This document shows positions 26,188 through 39,937 of a DNA stretch of 64,000 bases, piece by piece. The number at the start of each line of letters is the position of its first letter. Position 1 is the stretch's first letter. Both the position numbers and the translations under genes were made by a program. Origin of the DNA: Octopus vulgaris (taxonomy: Eukaryota); the NCBI GenBank assembly GCA_951406725.2, contig OX597823.1, positions 27,528,001-27,592,000 on the forward strand, given 5' to 3'. A model generated the notes under the pieces. It saw nothing but the letters and a program-made list of their open reading frames with translations. It searched no databases and was not told the DNA's origin.

Positions 26188-26256
26188 ACACAGTAGCTGA
26201 ATCGCTGAAGCGTTTCTCGAAATATCTCACGGATATTTTTCAGATCGGGTCAACTT
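26028..26256. repeat. 65-bp inverted repeat flanking a (CA)n tract
   Basis: Arms 26028-26092 and 26192-26256 with several mismatches. Confidence 0.85.
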
Positions 26257-26500
26257 TGATTTTCTTCCTTTTGGAGTCGGTAAGATAAAGTACCAGTCAA
26301 ATACCAGTTGATTTACTCAACTCGCCCATCCTTACAAAATTTGAGACCAAACGGTCAATTAACGGAGTCGTTTGAGCGTTGGTTAAAATGCCTTGTGGTA
26401 TTTCTTTTGGTTCTTTACGATAAGTTTCAAATCCTTTTGTGGTCAACATTGCTTTTCATTCTTTCGAACGTTGTAAAACAAAGTACCAATCGAGCAAATT

Positions 26501-28480
26501 TTAGGCCTTGTGCCTGTGTTTAATTAAAACCTTATCTATATATGTTCTGAAAGACCTGTCATTATTTGACCACGTCCACTGTGGAGGTTTCTGATGTTCC
26601 AACCTATATAGATCTGCCAGTTGAAAGTGACTTAGGAGATCCCGAAAGCCAGGGTCACATTTTCTATTCATGTTCGAGCCAACATAATCTGTGCGCGCGT
26701 CACAAATTGTGTTAAAGTCTCCTATCAATACTAGCGAATGCGACGTGGCCAGAAACTTGCCCGGGTCACGAAAATATTCACTTTGCGGACCCATAACGTT
26801 GGGTGCATAAATTGCAACCAGCCTGATTGTCTTGCCACAACTGAAAGTCAGGTCAAGAACGACCAGCTTGCCTTCTAGATCAGAAAAAAAAACAACCTTT
26901 TCTCAGTTATCCAGTTTCTTTTTAGTAGGACCAATACCCCGTCCCACCAGCAGCCCGACTTGGAGAAACGTATTTCTCGTAGCCGTTCAGGAGGGGGAGC
27001 AGATGTCTTGGCCACTTCACCCGGGTTTCCGTTGCAACAATTACATCCAAATTTCTCGACCTGATGTCATTTAGGAAGCGCCCTTGCTTCCAACTCGACA
27101 TCAGGCCACGGACATTTATACAACCATTATGAATACACGTGACTTACCTTTTAGGTCGGGGCATCCTGTGGAGAGGGACTCTCCACCTTTTCTTGACTTA
27201 GGGTGGGAGATGGCAAGCCTTCAAACATAGATTGATGAAAATCAAATCTCAATGTTGAGACCGATTTTCTATACGTGTTAAACAAGATATTATACGTTTT
27301 GTTTTGTCCAATTCGTAAAATTCATAGTTTTTATATTTACCTGATAGTTCAATTAGCTTAGTGGCTGATTTTTTTTTTTTTTATATCATGCATTAAGTTT
27401 TCGTTCTTGCTGTGTAGTGCAACTATTCCTCCGTTCGTTTCCCTCTACGCCATCCTCGCTCTGTCTCTCTTGGCTGTTTTTTTTTTTCATTTTTGGTCTC
27501 GGCTCGCTCTGCTTTTGCTGGTTCCAGCCTTCCATTTTCCTTTTGTTGTTTATTTTTCCTTCAGTTTCTCTCTCTCTTTCTTCCTCCTCACCATCTGATT
27601 CTTCTTCACCTTCTTTACAATATCACACTGGAAACATCGGGGCTTACGCCCCTCAACAGAAATATTTAGAACTTCCTCCCCTACTTCCACGATTTCTGGA
27701 AGCTGTTCTAACATCTTTTGGTCAGCCTGCAGTATGAGGTTAGGCGTTTGGCTAGTCCATTATGTATTCTCTGTAACGGTAGCCTGCAGGAGGTTAATAT
27801 TATCCTCCCTGTTTGCCAGGACTGCCGCTATCAAGCACCTAGGGTTTACTTCGGGTGGAATTCTTAGTATTCTAACCTTTGATGCTCTCATTCCCATGTA
27901 AATTGGGATTAATATTGTGCCTTCCGACTCTAATGATTTTACAGAGTGTTGTGCCGTTTTTGCTTTCTTGAACTTCACCACGATGGTTCCAAACTTCTTA
28001 CCTCTGGTTAGATATGTAATGTCCTGCCAGACGGGTTTTAAACATTTTTCAATTTTTTCTCACATATCTTGTCAATTCTTCGAGCTTTAAAGCAGAATGT
28101 CTTAAAAATAATAATTTTCCTTTTTACCTCCGTTAATTGTTCTTCTGGTATTTCCACTTTTACCACTCCATCTCGTTCTGTTTCCATTTCCTTGTATTTT
28201 AATGATTCTTTTTTGTCATTTGACAGCTGTCGCGTTCCATTACTAGCTGCTGACGCAAAACTTTTTCTTTCTTCCTTGTGAATGGTCTTTGCTTCTATAT
28301 TTCTTTTGGTATCCGTAACTTTTGGTAATGCAGGGAATTCACTTTCCGAAACATCAGAAATGTTATCACAAATTAAACTTTCTATCTTCCTTGCTTCCCG
28401 CCCGGTCGATGAATCATCATCCGACGAAGACACACTTTTCGACATCTTGTAGCAATTAATGTTTTCCACTACAGGGGAAA
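26501..28480 (-). mobile_element. L1/Tx1-clade LINE 5' portion: disrupted ORF1 and ORF2 AP endonuclease
   Basis: ORF1: TIVVKF..KVRILRIPPEV..EGRKPRCFQC zinc-knuckle start. APE: NVRGL..DVIVATETR..IYAPN..LIGDFN..DLYR..WTW..IDKVL. Confidence 0.85.
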
Positions 28481-28609
28481 ACCACAGGTGGCTTTCGAAA
28501 GAAATCTATAATACAATTTTTTAATGATAAGTCCAACAATAGGTACAACAAGAGATATAACAATTAGAAAAAACTTACGAACACACTCCAACAATAAATT
28601 TTCAATAAC

Positions 28610-28865
28610 AGACAGACGAAATACCGCTAAGCATTTCGCCCGGCGTGCTAACGGTTTTTATTTCCTTACTGCTCACAAGGGGCTACACATAGAGGGGACA
28701 AACAAGGACAGACAAACGGATTAAGTCGATTATATCGACCCAGTGCGTAACTGGTACTTATTTAATCGACCCAGAAAGGAATTTGAACTCAGAACGTAGC
28801 CGCAGACGAAATACAGCTAAGCATTTCGCCCAGCGTGCTAACGTTTTCTGCCAAACTCGCCGCCT
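28610..28865 (-). mobile_element. Head-to-tail SINE family C dimer
   Basis: Same junction type as 19063-19080. Confidence 0.8.
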
Positions 28866-31210
28866 TCGGATTTCATAGTATGTTTCATTGGTATAAACGT
28901 TTATATTATACTCACCTAAAACTCTTCGTTTAAACTCTTACACATTTTTCTCTTCTCTCGCTTCGATTATTAGACAGGTTATGTTTAGGATAAGTTTCGT
29001 TTTAACTTTAATGTGACCCTTCATTACTTTGGTGTTTTGGGCTTGTATTTTATTTTATTTTATTTTTTTTTTTACTACTCTTCTTACATCAGACACGAAA
29101 TAGTCTTGATCCAACATTTTTCCCCTTCCAGTATTATGCTTAACTTTAACACCTGAATTATATGGTTTTCTACAAACATAAATTTATTTCTTCTTGTTAT
29201 GACAACGCTGATCCCTATCGTGTCATCCTTTTCTTAGATACTTCATTTCGTCAATAAAGTCATATATCATTATTCTACTTCTGAAAATCATTTTTCAGTT
29301 ATTTCCCCTTCCACTTCCTTCTATTTTCTTTCAGTTTTTCAGATCCATCATCAGTTTTATCTGATATAATTATAGCTGCCATTACTTGCTTCTCATGAAT
29401 CCAACGAAACCAGTTGACTAATTCCTGTACACTTTTTTTATACGGTTGAAACTATAATTCTAATAAATCCTTTGTGATATTAATTACTGCGGGCATTATA
29501 ACTGACGGAAATATGAAATAAATTATTTCTAATGTGGATCTCGAAGTAGATAAAGCTAAAAGTAATAGCGTGTAGAATATTGGGTTAAAGAAACACTTGG
29601 ATGAAGAAATCGAAGGCTGCTCTGTAAACATAATCAGACCAAAGCAACGCATCGAATTTTTGTTCTTACCAATGAGAATTATATAATGTCTACGTCATAA
29701 AAATTTAGAAACTTCAAGAGAATGTGAAATAAATCGTTTTTAACAGAGAAACACGAAGTAGAACGTCTGTAATGTTTGCAGATGTGGGTTCAAGTCCCAC
29801 GGACAGCCCCTCACTTTTTCCATCGAAGGGTGTTTTAATCCAATCGTCTACACGCCATTATTTATAGCTTAATGGATTTCAAGCACCACCATTAAAAACT
29901 TTATTTCATTTCCCTCGAAGATTTAACTTCTTATATCATAAACAAAATACAATCGTCGTTGCTAAGAACAAAGTTTCTGCAATGGATACAGAAAATTTGA
30001 AGAATTGCTTTTGTTATAATGATAAAATGATTGTCAGGTTCGTATAAGATGTAGACCAAGTCCCACCAGCAATCTTCAATCTAATAATTTAATTTAACGC
30101 AATATTCTACTCCCAATTATTTATAACTTTATCTCCTTCGATTTCCAACGTGAATAACATTTTATTTCTTATCTCCTTGACATTTCTGAATTCTTGTGAA
30201 GTATTCAAGGAAATATTCGGTTGTCGGATAAATTCGTTCGCTTTTTCCAAATTTTAAAAAAAAATCCTTTCCAATGTTATTTAAATTAACACGAAAAACA
30301 TTTTTATCGTATTTGTGGGTCTATTCTTCCCCTTCAACTTTTGCTTATCGTTTATGATATTTGAATGACTTTTACCTCTTTCATACTTTATGACGATGGA
30401 CTGTCAAGGAAAGGAAAAACAACGAACGAATTTATGTGACAACACAATTAAAAAAAATTTTTTCCGTACTCTTTAACATTTACCACAATTACTGTTGTCT
30501 ACAATTACCACAATTACTTTTCTGGTTTAACAATCTGACTCATTATATCAAGAAACAGATACTTCCTCTGGTTAGTACCTTTTGATACTAAAAGTTCCAG
30601 TAGATTTTGAAGCTATCGTTCGCTTTATTATTTTTTTCTCTCTCTCTCTCTCTTTTGTTTTCTCAATATTACAATGCTTTAATGGTACTGAACTAAAAGA
30701 AAAAAGTATAAATACAGGAAAATAGGATTCTTCATTCTTGTTTTATGTTTCTAGGTTGATAAACGTTTCATCTCTACATATTTCAAAATATTTGTGAGAA
30801 AATTTTCCATTAATAAAATAAAAAACATCCCTTAAAACAGATTCTCAAAACGAAATAAGGTGAACACAGACCATGATAATTGAATATTAGCCATATGGTC
30901 TTTCTCTATGGCACCGTATAATTGTTCATGATTAGATTTTTGCTAATGCTCATTGAATTAAATGTGTTCACGCTAAATTGACTATAACAACATCTGGAAC
31001 ATTATGGTCAGTAGCGCTGTCTTTTGGAATCTTTGGAAATGGAATCCAAAGATTTCCTGTTAGTTCTATTTCTTCTCATCCGAAAATAGCCAAAAATGTT
31101 AATCAATGATTCTGTTTAAAGACCTAAATATCTGTTTGCAATAAATTATCATGAGCACATAAAACAGTGAGAATCAAAACAAAGTGTGCATTCTCATTCA
31201 TATGTTCCTG

Positions 31211-31261
31211 CACGTGATTATGATCATTTGCATAATCACGTGAACATGATTATGCAAATGA
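31211..31261. promoter_or_regulatory. Candidate cis-regulatory palindrome with two E-boxes and two octamer motifs
   Basis: CACGTG at 31211 and 31237; ATTTGCAT at 31226; ATGCAAAT at 31252; overlapping perfect 12-bp and 15-bp inverted repeats. Confidence 0.3.
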
Positions 31262-31839
31262 CTCTTGTGTTTCGCCTTCGAAGAACAACTCCTTTCAGAA
31301 TATGTGTGACAACTCACACAACTTAGTGACATAGAATATTTTTAAGACACCGGTGTTTCGACTTAAGTATGTCTCTTCAATGAAAGCTACATCCGGATCA
31401 GTGAACTAAACAAGAATGGTCGCACTTCTTCATCGAATCCGGAAGATTATTTGCAGATACATGTCTGCCAAGTCAATAATTAATTGTCATGTAAACGTCA
31501 AACTGCAAGAATCAAAACTATCATGAAGAGATTCATTTTTAACATGTTCCGGCAGATTTGAACGTGAATATGTTTAATTGCTGTTGTAATTTGCTTTCAG
31601 AGAACACCTCCTTTCAGATGAAGACTGAAATCATACAGCAGTAACAATACTAATACTATCAAGTCTGGTTGACCAGAGTTTATCTGGTGCTACATCAAAA
31701 CACTAACAATCATGTCCAACGGTTCCCTTGTATCTCTTCCTCTCATCACTAACAATGTTTTTATCACACCACCACCTAAGCCCTTTATCCCTCCACAAAA
31801 CATTTTTTTTCTGTCTGGAACTTCATCCCTATTCATGTT

Positions 31840-32570
31840 TCAGACACACTGAATCAGATGAAAAAGACTGGAGGGATGGTCATGACTGGAATGCCTTTTG
31901 AAAAGAGGTCTGCTTGGTCAGAGTTGACTGAGAGTTAAATATATTTCTTTATTGCCCACAAGGGGCTAAACACAGAGTGGACAAACAAGGACAAACAAAC
32001 GGATTAAGTCGATTACATCGACCCCAGTGCGTAACTGGTACTTAATTTATCGACCTCGAAAGGATGAAAGGCAAAGTCGACCTCGGCGGAATTTGAACCC
32101 AGAACGTAACGGCAGACGAAATACGGCTACGCATTTCACCCACCGTGCTAACGTTTCTGCCAGTTAAATAAAAAGAACAACATTAATAGTAGAGAGTTTT
32201 TATACAGTCGTTCAGGAAGCTGGAAATAGCAGTTAAATTTCCTCACATCACACCCTATTGCCACAAAGAGAGCATCTAAGACGAAAGATGGTCGTAGCTG
32301 AAACGCTAGAGATCATAAATCTGCTCAATCAGAGCATAACTTGGGTTACACAACAACAACAACAACAACAACAACAACGACATAAGCCAGCAAGGAATCC
32401 TCTAATAAGTCAATGATCTGCTAGAAATAGAAGCCAAATCCTAGGGAATCATTGAACAATGTAATAGTAGACACATGATGCTTAGGATAAGTCCAGATGG
32501 TCAGGAATCGAAAGATTTTGATCATGGGTCTGGTCACTTAGGAGATTAGCCTAAGGTTAAACAATATCAA
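31840..32570 (+). mobile_element. Three decayed copies of an old SINE-like tail ending in (AAC)n, one interrupted by SINE C
   Basis: Repeated gatggtc..gatcatRRRtctg..ggttaaacaac. A related copy is at ~57655-57772. Confidence 0.5.
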
Positions 32571-32895
32571 CAGCGTTCCCAAACAAAAACAATAACAAAT
32601 ACTTTCAACAAAGAATCTATTGTTACATTTTTATTCTCAATACAGTCAACGCCAGTACAAAAGCTGTATGTAAATTACGAAAACTGACATCATGTGTATA
32701 TATATATATATATTTATTATATGTTTATATATATATATATATATATATATATGATTGTTTGTTATGGCCGGTCAGAGAGTGACCATTAGTTCCGCGCCTA
32801 TAAAACTGTATAAGCAACTTACCAGACTCAAATGACCAGAGGCACATCTCTTCTTTCTTTGGATACGTGTGTATGTGTGTTTGTGTACATGTATA

Positions 32896-32973
<78 letters not shown>

Positions 32974-33026
32974 TATATATATTTATATATATATATACAT
33001 GTATATAATATATATATATAATATAA

Positions 33027-33147
<121 letters not shown>

Positions 33148-33323
33148 TATACATATACATATATATACATATATATACATATACATATATATACATATAT
33201 ATATATATGTGTTTTTTACTGAGATCTCCCTTTTTAGTAGAAGAAATAGCTATAACTCTTTGACTGCTATTTCTAAATTCGGTCTGTGGTAAGGCAATTC
33301 GTTGCTAAACCCTTTATTGCTTA

Positions 33324-33389
<66 letters not shown>

Positions 33390-33391
<2 letters not shown>

Positions 33392-34226
33392 ATAATTGTC
33401 GCCATTTTATATTTTTAATTTCGCACATGACTTTTGTTTGCTTTTGTCGACTACACAGTATAGTAGGTTCAGTTGGGCATCGTCTGTGAGAAACACACCA
33501 TCATGACGCAATCAATTCACTCTGCTAGAAATTTGGAAACGACATGCTGTACTGCTTGGCATTCCCGCCTGAAATTCCAATACGAACATTTCAGAGTGTT
33601 TGGGTGTCAATCTAAGGACATGTACCGAGAGTGATAAAAATCAAACATCCAGTCAACATCATGGTGTTTGGAGTGATCACTAGTGATGGCAACGTTATGC
33701 CGCCATTTACCTTCCCACGTGGCCTCACACTCATCACGGAGGCCTACATCAAGTGCCTGGAGGAGGTAGTGCGTCCTGGGTGAAGAGGGTGGCTGCTGGA
33801 AGACCCTATGTCTGGCAACAGGACTCTGCACCATACCACACAAGCAGGAGAACCCAGTCATGGCTGTCAGACAATTTCTGCGACCACATCACCCCTAACA
33901 TCTGGCCACCTAACTCCCCAGACTGCAACCCCATTGATTATTATATGGGAGGTGCAGTTCAGCAAGAGACCAACAAAACTCCTTGTAACACCAAATATGA
34001 ACTGATGGCAAGGATTATGGCAGTATTCACCAACTTAAATAAGCAGACCATCCAGAAGAGTTGCATGAGATTACAAAGTCGCCTGGAGACCGTGGTTGAA
34101 GCCAATGGTGATTTTATTGAATAAATTTACTCTCTAGTATTTCAATATATTTTTATGTAATTTTGGTAAATATATCTGTTAAAATGAGATATCAGTGTTA
34201 TTTTCCTTACCGTGTAATTCACCCTG
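33390..34226 (+). mobile_element. maT (DD37D) Tc1/mariner-superfamily transposon remnant
   Basis: MVFGVITSDG..VWQQD-x37-D (WPPNSPDCNPIDY)..RLETVVEANGDFIE*; ends caccctg|TA. Confidence 0.85.
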
Positions 34227-34381
34227 TATATATATATATATATATATATAAGTTCAGCAAAATTTAGATTCAGATGAATATGGTACTTAAGTTAAAGGCA
34301 CAAGAATTTTGTATGGTATTATCCATATAAATCAAATGGGGGGATTATAATCAAAATAAGCAACAAGGATGTCCAAGGTAG

Positions 34382-34469
34382 TGTAGTACAATTGTTTCAT
34401 GCTACTTCATTTTATTAAATACTGTAAGTATTACATCAGTTTTAAAATGTCGAGCAATCTTCAGCCACA
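34382..34469 (-). ncRNA. Mirror copy of the 34707-34794 hammerhead (left arm of the IR)
   Basis: Reverse complement of the same motif with core and stems I and III unchanged. Confidence 0.8.
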
Positions 34470-34706
34470 TATAGACTTTTTTAATTAAACGGACAATGCA
34501 CATTCTTATTCTTATTTCATTTGCCAACATTACAAAGAGGGTAGATATATAGACAGAGAGGTTAATTTCATCATTAAGAACATACTACCACCATGTTCTT
34601 AATGATGAAATTAACCTCTCTGTCAATATATCTACCCTCTTTGTAATGTTGGCAAATGAAATAAGTATAAGAATGTGCATTGTCCGTTTAATTAAAAAAT
34701 TCTATA

Positions 34707-34794
34707 TGTGGCTGAAGATTGCTCGACATTTTAAAACTGATCTAATACTTACAGTGTTTAATAAAATGAAGTAGCATGAAACAATTGTACTACA
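34707..34794 (+). ncRNA. Type I hammerhead ribozyme motif with long stem II (right arm of the 238-bp IR)
   Basis: tgtgg CTGAAGA tTGCT...CATTTTA...TAAAATG...AGCAt GAAA CAATTG TA ctaca. Stem I is 5 bp, the core is intact, stem III is palindromic, and the cleavage triplet is GUA (cut after 34789). Confidence 0.8.
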
Positions 34795-35732
34795 CTACCT
34801 TGGATATCCTTGTTGCTTATTTTGATTATATATATATATATATATTTATTTATTCTCAGGGTGTCTGTAAATTCTTATATTGATAAATGTTATGTATGAT
34901 TTACATCAATCCAACCAACATGTACTTAGGTACCTTCTCCATTTTATATTTCATAATTCAATTTTATACACACATACACACTACACACTTTGGAAGAATA
35001 TTATTCCATGTGTTTCTTATTTTCTTAGTAATTATCATGTTAACCACAAAGACCTACAGAATTATTTAAGTGTGTGTGTATGTGTGTGTGTGATCCCAAT
35101 TTTTGATCGGATCCATGCAGGATTGAAACAGTTATCAGTAAATTTATGAAATTTGATAAAAAGAAAAAACAACCCACGTAACTAACTCTGCTTACTCGAG
35201 TATTGAGTTCTTTTATTTTGTAACTTCAAACCTTGCTTTGCCAAATACAGAGGAATACGAATATGTTTGTGCGTATATACTTCCGTATGCATGTGGATGG
35301 TGGTCTTCTGTACAGATTTTGATCACAAATTACACTCACATTGCTCAATCTGAAGCCATTGTAGAAAATATTTACACAAGGTACTGTGGGATTGAATATG
35401 AAACCATGCAGTTACAAAGCAAACTTCTTGACTACACAGCAATGCTTATAATATTTATCCAAATACAACTGCATTAGTTATTTCGTAGGGGAGAAATTTT
35501 ATACAGATTTTTCTGAACAATATTTCAATCCGCAAGTAAACTTCAGATTGAATCACTCCCCTCTCTCCCTATAATGAACTATGAAGAGTATGAACAAACA
35601 TTACTTTCTCCTAGTGAAATGGCTTCGTTATATGTTTTTTCTGATCTTTGTTTCTCCTTCTGTAGAAATATTTCAAATAATATCCTTCATTATTTCATTC
35701 TGAACCAGATCAAAACGGTAGCTATATACAAA

Positions 35733-36067
35733 TAGGCGTAGGAGTGGCTGTGTGGTAAGTAGCTTGCTTCTGAACCATATGGTTCCGGGTTCAGTCCCAC
35801 TGCGTGGCACCTTGGGCAAGTGTCTTCTACTATATATAGCCTCGGGCTGACTAAAGCCTTGTGAGTGGATTTGGTAGACGGAAACTGAAAGAATCCCGTC
35901 GTATATATGTATATATATGCATGTGCGCGTATATGTTTGTGTGTCTGTGTTTGTTCCCCCAACATCGCTTGACAACCGATGCTGGTGTGCTTACGTCCCC
36001 GTCACTTAGCGGTTCGGCAAAAGAGACCAATAGAATAAGTACTAGGCTTACAAAGAATAAGTCCTGG
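35733..36067 (+). mobile_element. SINE family B (3' truncated)
   Basis: Homology to 5603-5998. Confidence 0.88.
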
Positions 36068-36247
36068 TGTGTGTGTATGTGTCTGTGTGTATGTACGCAT
36101 GAATGTTTGTGTGTATATGTGTGCGTGTATGTGTATGTTTGTGTGTATTTGTGTGTCTGTGTGTGTGTTTGTGTGTTTATATGTATTTGTGTGTGTGTGT
36201 TTATGTGTTTGTGGGTGTGTTTGCGTGTATGTGTGTGATTGCTTGTG

Positions 36248-36293
<46 letters not shown>

Positions 36294-37547
36294 TGAGTGA
36301 TTGCTTGTGTTAGATTGCTTTGCCTTCATGGTAGTAAACATCAACCTTGTTGACAGGCTCACTGCGAAAGTATTTTCAACTTTCTTCACATCTCAACATA
36401 CGCGATCTATGGAAAGCAAAGCCTCGTTTTAACAGTATCATCTATTACTAGTTCTCAACATAAATATGTCCAGGCTGTTCGTTGTTTGACAGACTGGGTG
36501 ATTACTGCTTCCTTTGGAAACAGGTGAGAATTGGCATGAAGGAGATCAAATCAGAGAAAACTCAGCCCCCACGTACTATGATCCATACAAGCATAGAAAA
36601 ATAGACGTTAAAACGATTTGTATACACACACACATATACATATATATACTCCTTTACTTGTTTCAGTCATTTGACTGTGGCAATGCTGGAGCACGGCTTT
36701 AGTCGAGCAAATCGACCCCAAGACTTATTCTTTGTAAGCCTAGTACTTATTCTATTGGTCCCTTTTTGCCGAATCGCTATGTTTCGGGGGACGTATACAC
36801 ACCAGCATCGGTTGTCAAGCGATGTTGGAGGGACAAACATAAACACATACACACACACATACATATATATACATATATTCAACGGGCTTCTTTCAGTTTC
36901 CATCTACTAAATCCACCCACAGGGCTTATATAATATATTATTTATATTATTATATGATTGAACACCACGCATCATCTTCCAAGTAAGTTTTATTTTAATA
37001 ATTCTGATGTGCACTCTATAAGATCTTTTTTACTCTTTCGTTTTTCTCTCTCTTATTCTTTTACCTCTTCTTCTCCCACTATTCTATCCTATTACTCTGT
37101 CACTCTCTCCTCCTCCTCCCTTGCTCACGTGACCATCGGCCATCTTTCTTTCTCTCCGTTGTAGCTGGAACAAGGAAGACATGTTCTTGTTTGTCTCCTG
37201 TCCTAGCTTGATTTACGCATTCGCCACCACAGCCTCATTTAGGCTTAGCAGTTCTTCCTGTTTGTTTTTCCCTGTCCTGTTTGTATTATCTATTTTGACC
37301 TTCCGCAAAATTCAAAGTTCTATTTAATTTGCTTTGCAGGAGCAACTGTTTCATCGAAAGTGTATATTGTTGTTAAATGTTCGAAATACGAGACTAGATA
37401 AACAGCCAACAACTGATGAAGGGCCGTTCTTTATGCTGTTTGTTCTGTTTTCTATTTGCGTCTTTCGTTGTTCGAATAAATAGTCCATACTCCATGTACT
37501 CGTGCTTCTTATTTTTTGGCACACGTTTCATGACGTCCTGTGCCCAC

Positions 37548-38002
37548 ATATGCATATATATATATATACATACACACACACATATGGATTTAAATATGTA
37601 CATATACGTAAGTATATATATATATATATGCATATATATATATATACATATATATATATGTATATATATACATATATATGTATACATATATATATGTATA
37701 TATATACATATATATATGTATACATATATATATGTATATATATACATATATATATGTATACATATATATACATATATGTATATATATATACATACATATA
37801 TATATGTATACATATATATATGTATATATATATACATATATAGATGTATACATATATATATACATATATGTATATATATATATACATACATATATATATA
37901 TACATATGGATGTAAATATGTACATATACGTAAGTATATATGTATATAATATATATATATATATATATAACATACGGATAAATATGTACATATACGTAAG
38001 TA

Positions 38003-38045
<43 letters not shown>

Positions 38046-38297
38046 ATACACACACACATATATGCAGAGGGAGAATAAGAATTCAATACACTTGTATATA
38101 TATATACATACATATATATGTATACATATATATATGTATATATATATACATATATAGATGTATACATATATATATACATATATATATATATATACATACA
38201 TATATATATATACATATGGATTAAATATTCATATACGTAAGTATATATGCATATATATATATATATAATACGGATGTAAATATGTACATATACGTAA

Positions 38298-38340
<43 letters not shown>
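37548..38340. repeat. Complex TA-rich satellite with a recurring ~35-bp core
   Basis: ggatNtaaatatgtacatatacgtaagtatata recurs five times among (TA)/(TACA) arrays. Confidence 0.85.
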
Positions 38341-38342
<2 letters not shown>

Positions 38343-38952
38343 AACACACAATATCGGGAGATAAAATTCAATACATTGTAGAATAAACTGGGAGGTTTAA
38401 AGCTTCAGTAGTCACTAATAGTTTCATGCTGAATAAGAATATATACATATTTGGCTTGTCTTACTTTTGTTTTTCCATGCTAGTATGGATTAGATAAATA
38501 CATTATTGAAGCATTATTTTGCAGTCAGGGCAGCGAGCTGGCAGAAATGTTAACACGCTGGGCGAAATGGTTCAAATTCTGCCGAGGTCGACTTTGCCTT
38601 TCATTCTTTCAGGGTCGATAAATTAAGTACCGGTTGCGTACTGGGGTCGATCTAATCGACTAGCCCCCTCTTCAAAAATTTTGAGCCTTGTGCCTAGAGT
38701 AGAAAAGTTTTTTTTTTTTTTACAGCCAGACATCTATCTTGTTGCTAACATCTATTTTTCAAGTAAGAGATCTAATCTTCAAAGGCACAAAGCAAGCGAG
38801 TGATTTAACAAGAGCAACAATGCCTGTGACTGCCATGAAGCATAAATGTAAAGAAACATGCAGCTACACACATGTACACACACACAAGCATACATACATG
38901 TAAATCAAAATCATAAGTATATCACGATTGAAATCAAAATGGAAATTGTAGT

Positions 38953-39447
38953 TGTGGCCAATGTCAGTGCCGCCTGACTGGCACCCATACCGGTGGCACA
39001 TAAAAACCACCATCCAAACGTGGTTGATCCCAGCCTCTCCCACCACGACTGGCTCCTGTGCCAGGGACATATAAAATGTACCATCCAAAAGTGGCTGATA
39101 CCAGTGCCGTCTGACTGGCTCCCGTGCAGGTGGCACGTAAACACCATCCAAACGTGGTTGATCCTAGCCCCCACCCCATAACTAGCTCCTGTGCTGGTGG
39201 CATGGAAAAAGCACCATCCAAATGCGGTTGATGCCAGTGCCGCCTGACTGGCTCCCGTGCAGGTGGGACATAAAAAGCACTCGCTACACTCTTAGAGTGG
39301 TTGGCATTAGGAAGGGCATTTAGATGTAGAAACTTTGCCAGATCAGATTGGAGCCTGGTGCAGCCATCTGGCATGCCAGTCCCCAGTCAAACTGTCCAAC
39401 CCATGCCAGTATGGAAAACAAACGTTAAACAATGATGATGATGATGA
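38953..39447 (+). mobile_element. RTE 3' UTR copy with about 5 tandem ~60-bp units
   Basis: Homology to 56640-57052. Other copies at 48846-49140(-), 51359-51682(+), 52690-52795(-), 53335-53495(+). Confidence 0.8.
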
Positions 39448-39574
39448 CATGCATAGGTATACATGAATGCAAATGTATAAATGCACACAATAATCCCTCA
39501 CCATATCGCAGTTTATTATTTAAGCTTACGTCGATCCTTCAGTGGTGTTGTCTTGCATTTATAATAATAGATTT

Positions 39575-39937
39575 ACTCATTTACTTGTTTCAGTCATTTG
39601 ACTGTGGCCATGCTGGGGCACTGCCTTTAGTCGAGGAAATCGACCCCTGGACTTATTCTTTGTGAGCTTAGTACTTATTCTATCGGTCTCTTTTGCCGAA
39701 CCGCTAAGTGACGGGGACGTAAACACACCAGCATTGGTTGTCAAGCGATGCTGGGGGCGGACAAACACAACACACAAACATACACATATATATACATATA
39801 TACGACGGGCTTCTTTCAGTTTCCATCTACCAAATCCACTCACAAGGCTTTGGTTGGCCCAAGGCTATAGTAGAAGACACTTGCCCAAGGTGCCACGCAG
39901 TGGGACTGAACCCAGAACCATGTGATTCGTAAGCAAA
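39575..39937 (-). mobile_element. SINE family B
   Basis: Homology to 5603-5998. Confidence 0.88.

Larger units (their letters stand above)
34346..34830. repeat. Long inverted repeat with 238-bp arms and a 9-nt spacer (inverted Penelope-type pLTR pair)
   Basis: Arms 34346-34583 and 34593-34830 with about 6 mismatches by eye. (TA)n adjoins the right end and lies about 100 bp left of the left arm. Confidence 0.92.

Noticed and set aside
35671-35722. Possible + strand micro-exon (also ~30755-30793)
   Set aside because: Splice-like signals only, with no homology or phase-linked neighbours.
37380-37430. GAAA..CTGATGAAG in a repeat shared with ~63250-63300 (minus)
   Set aside because: The repeat is real, but I could not build a consistent hammerhead fold in both copies.
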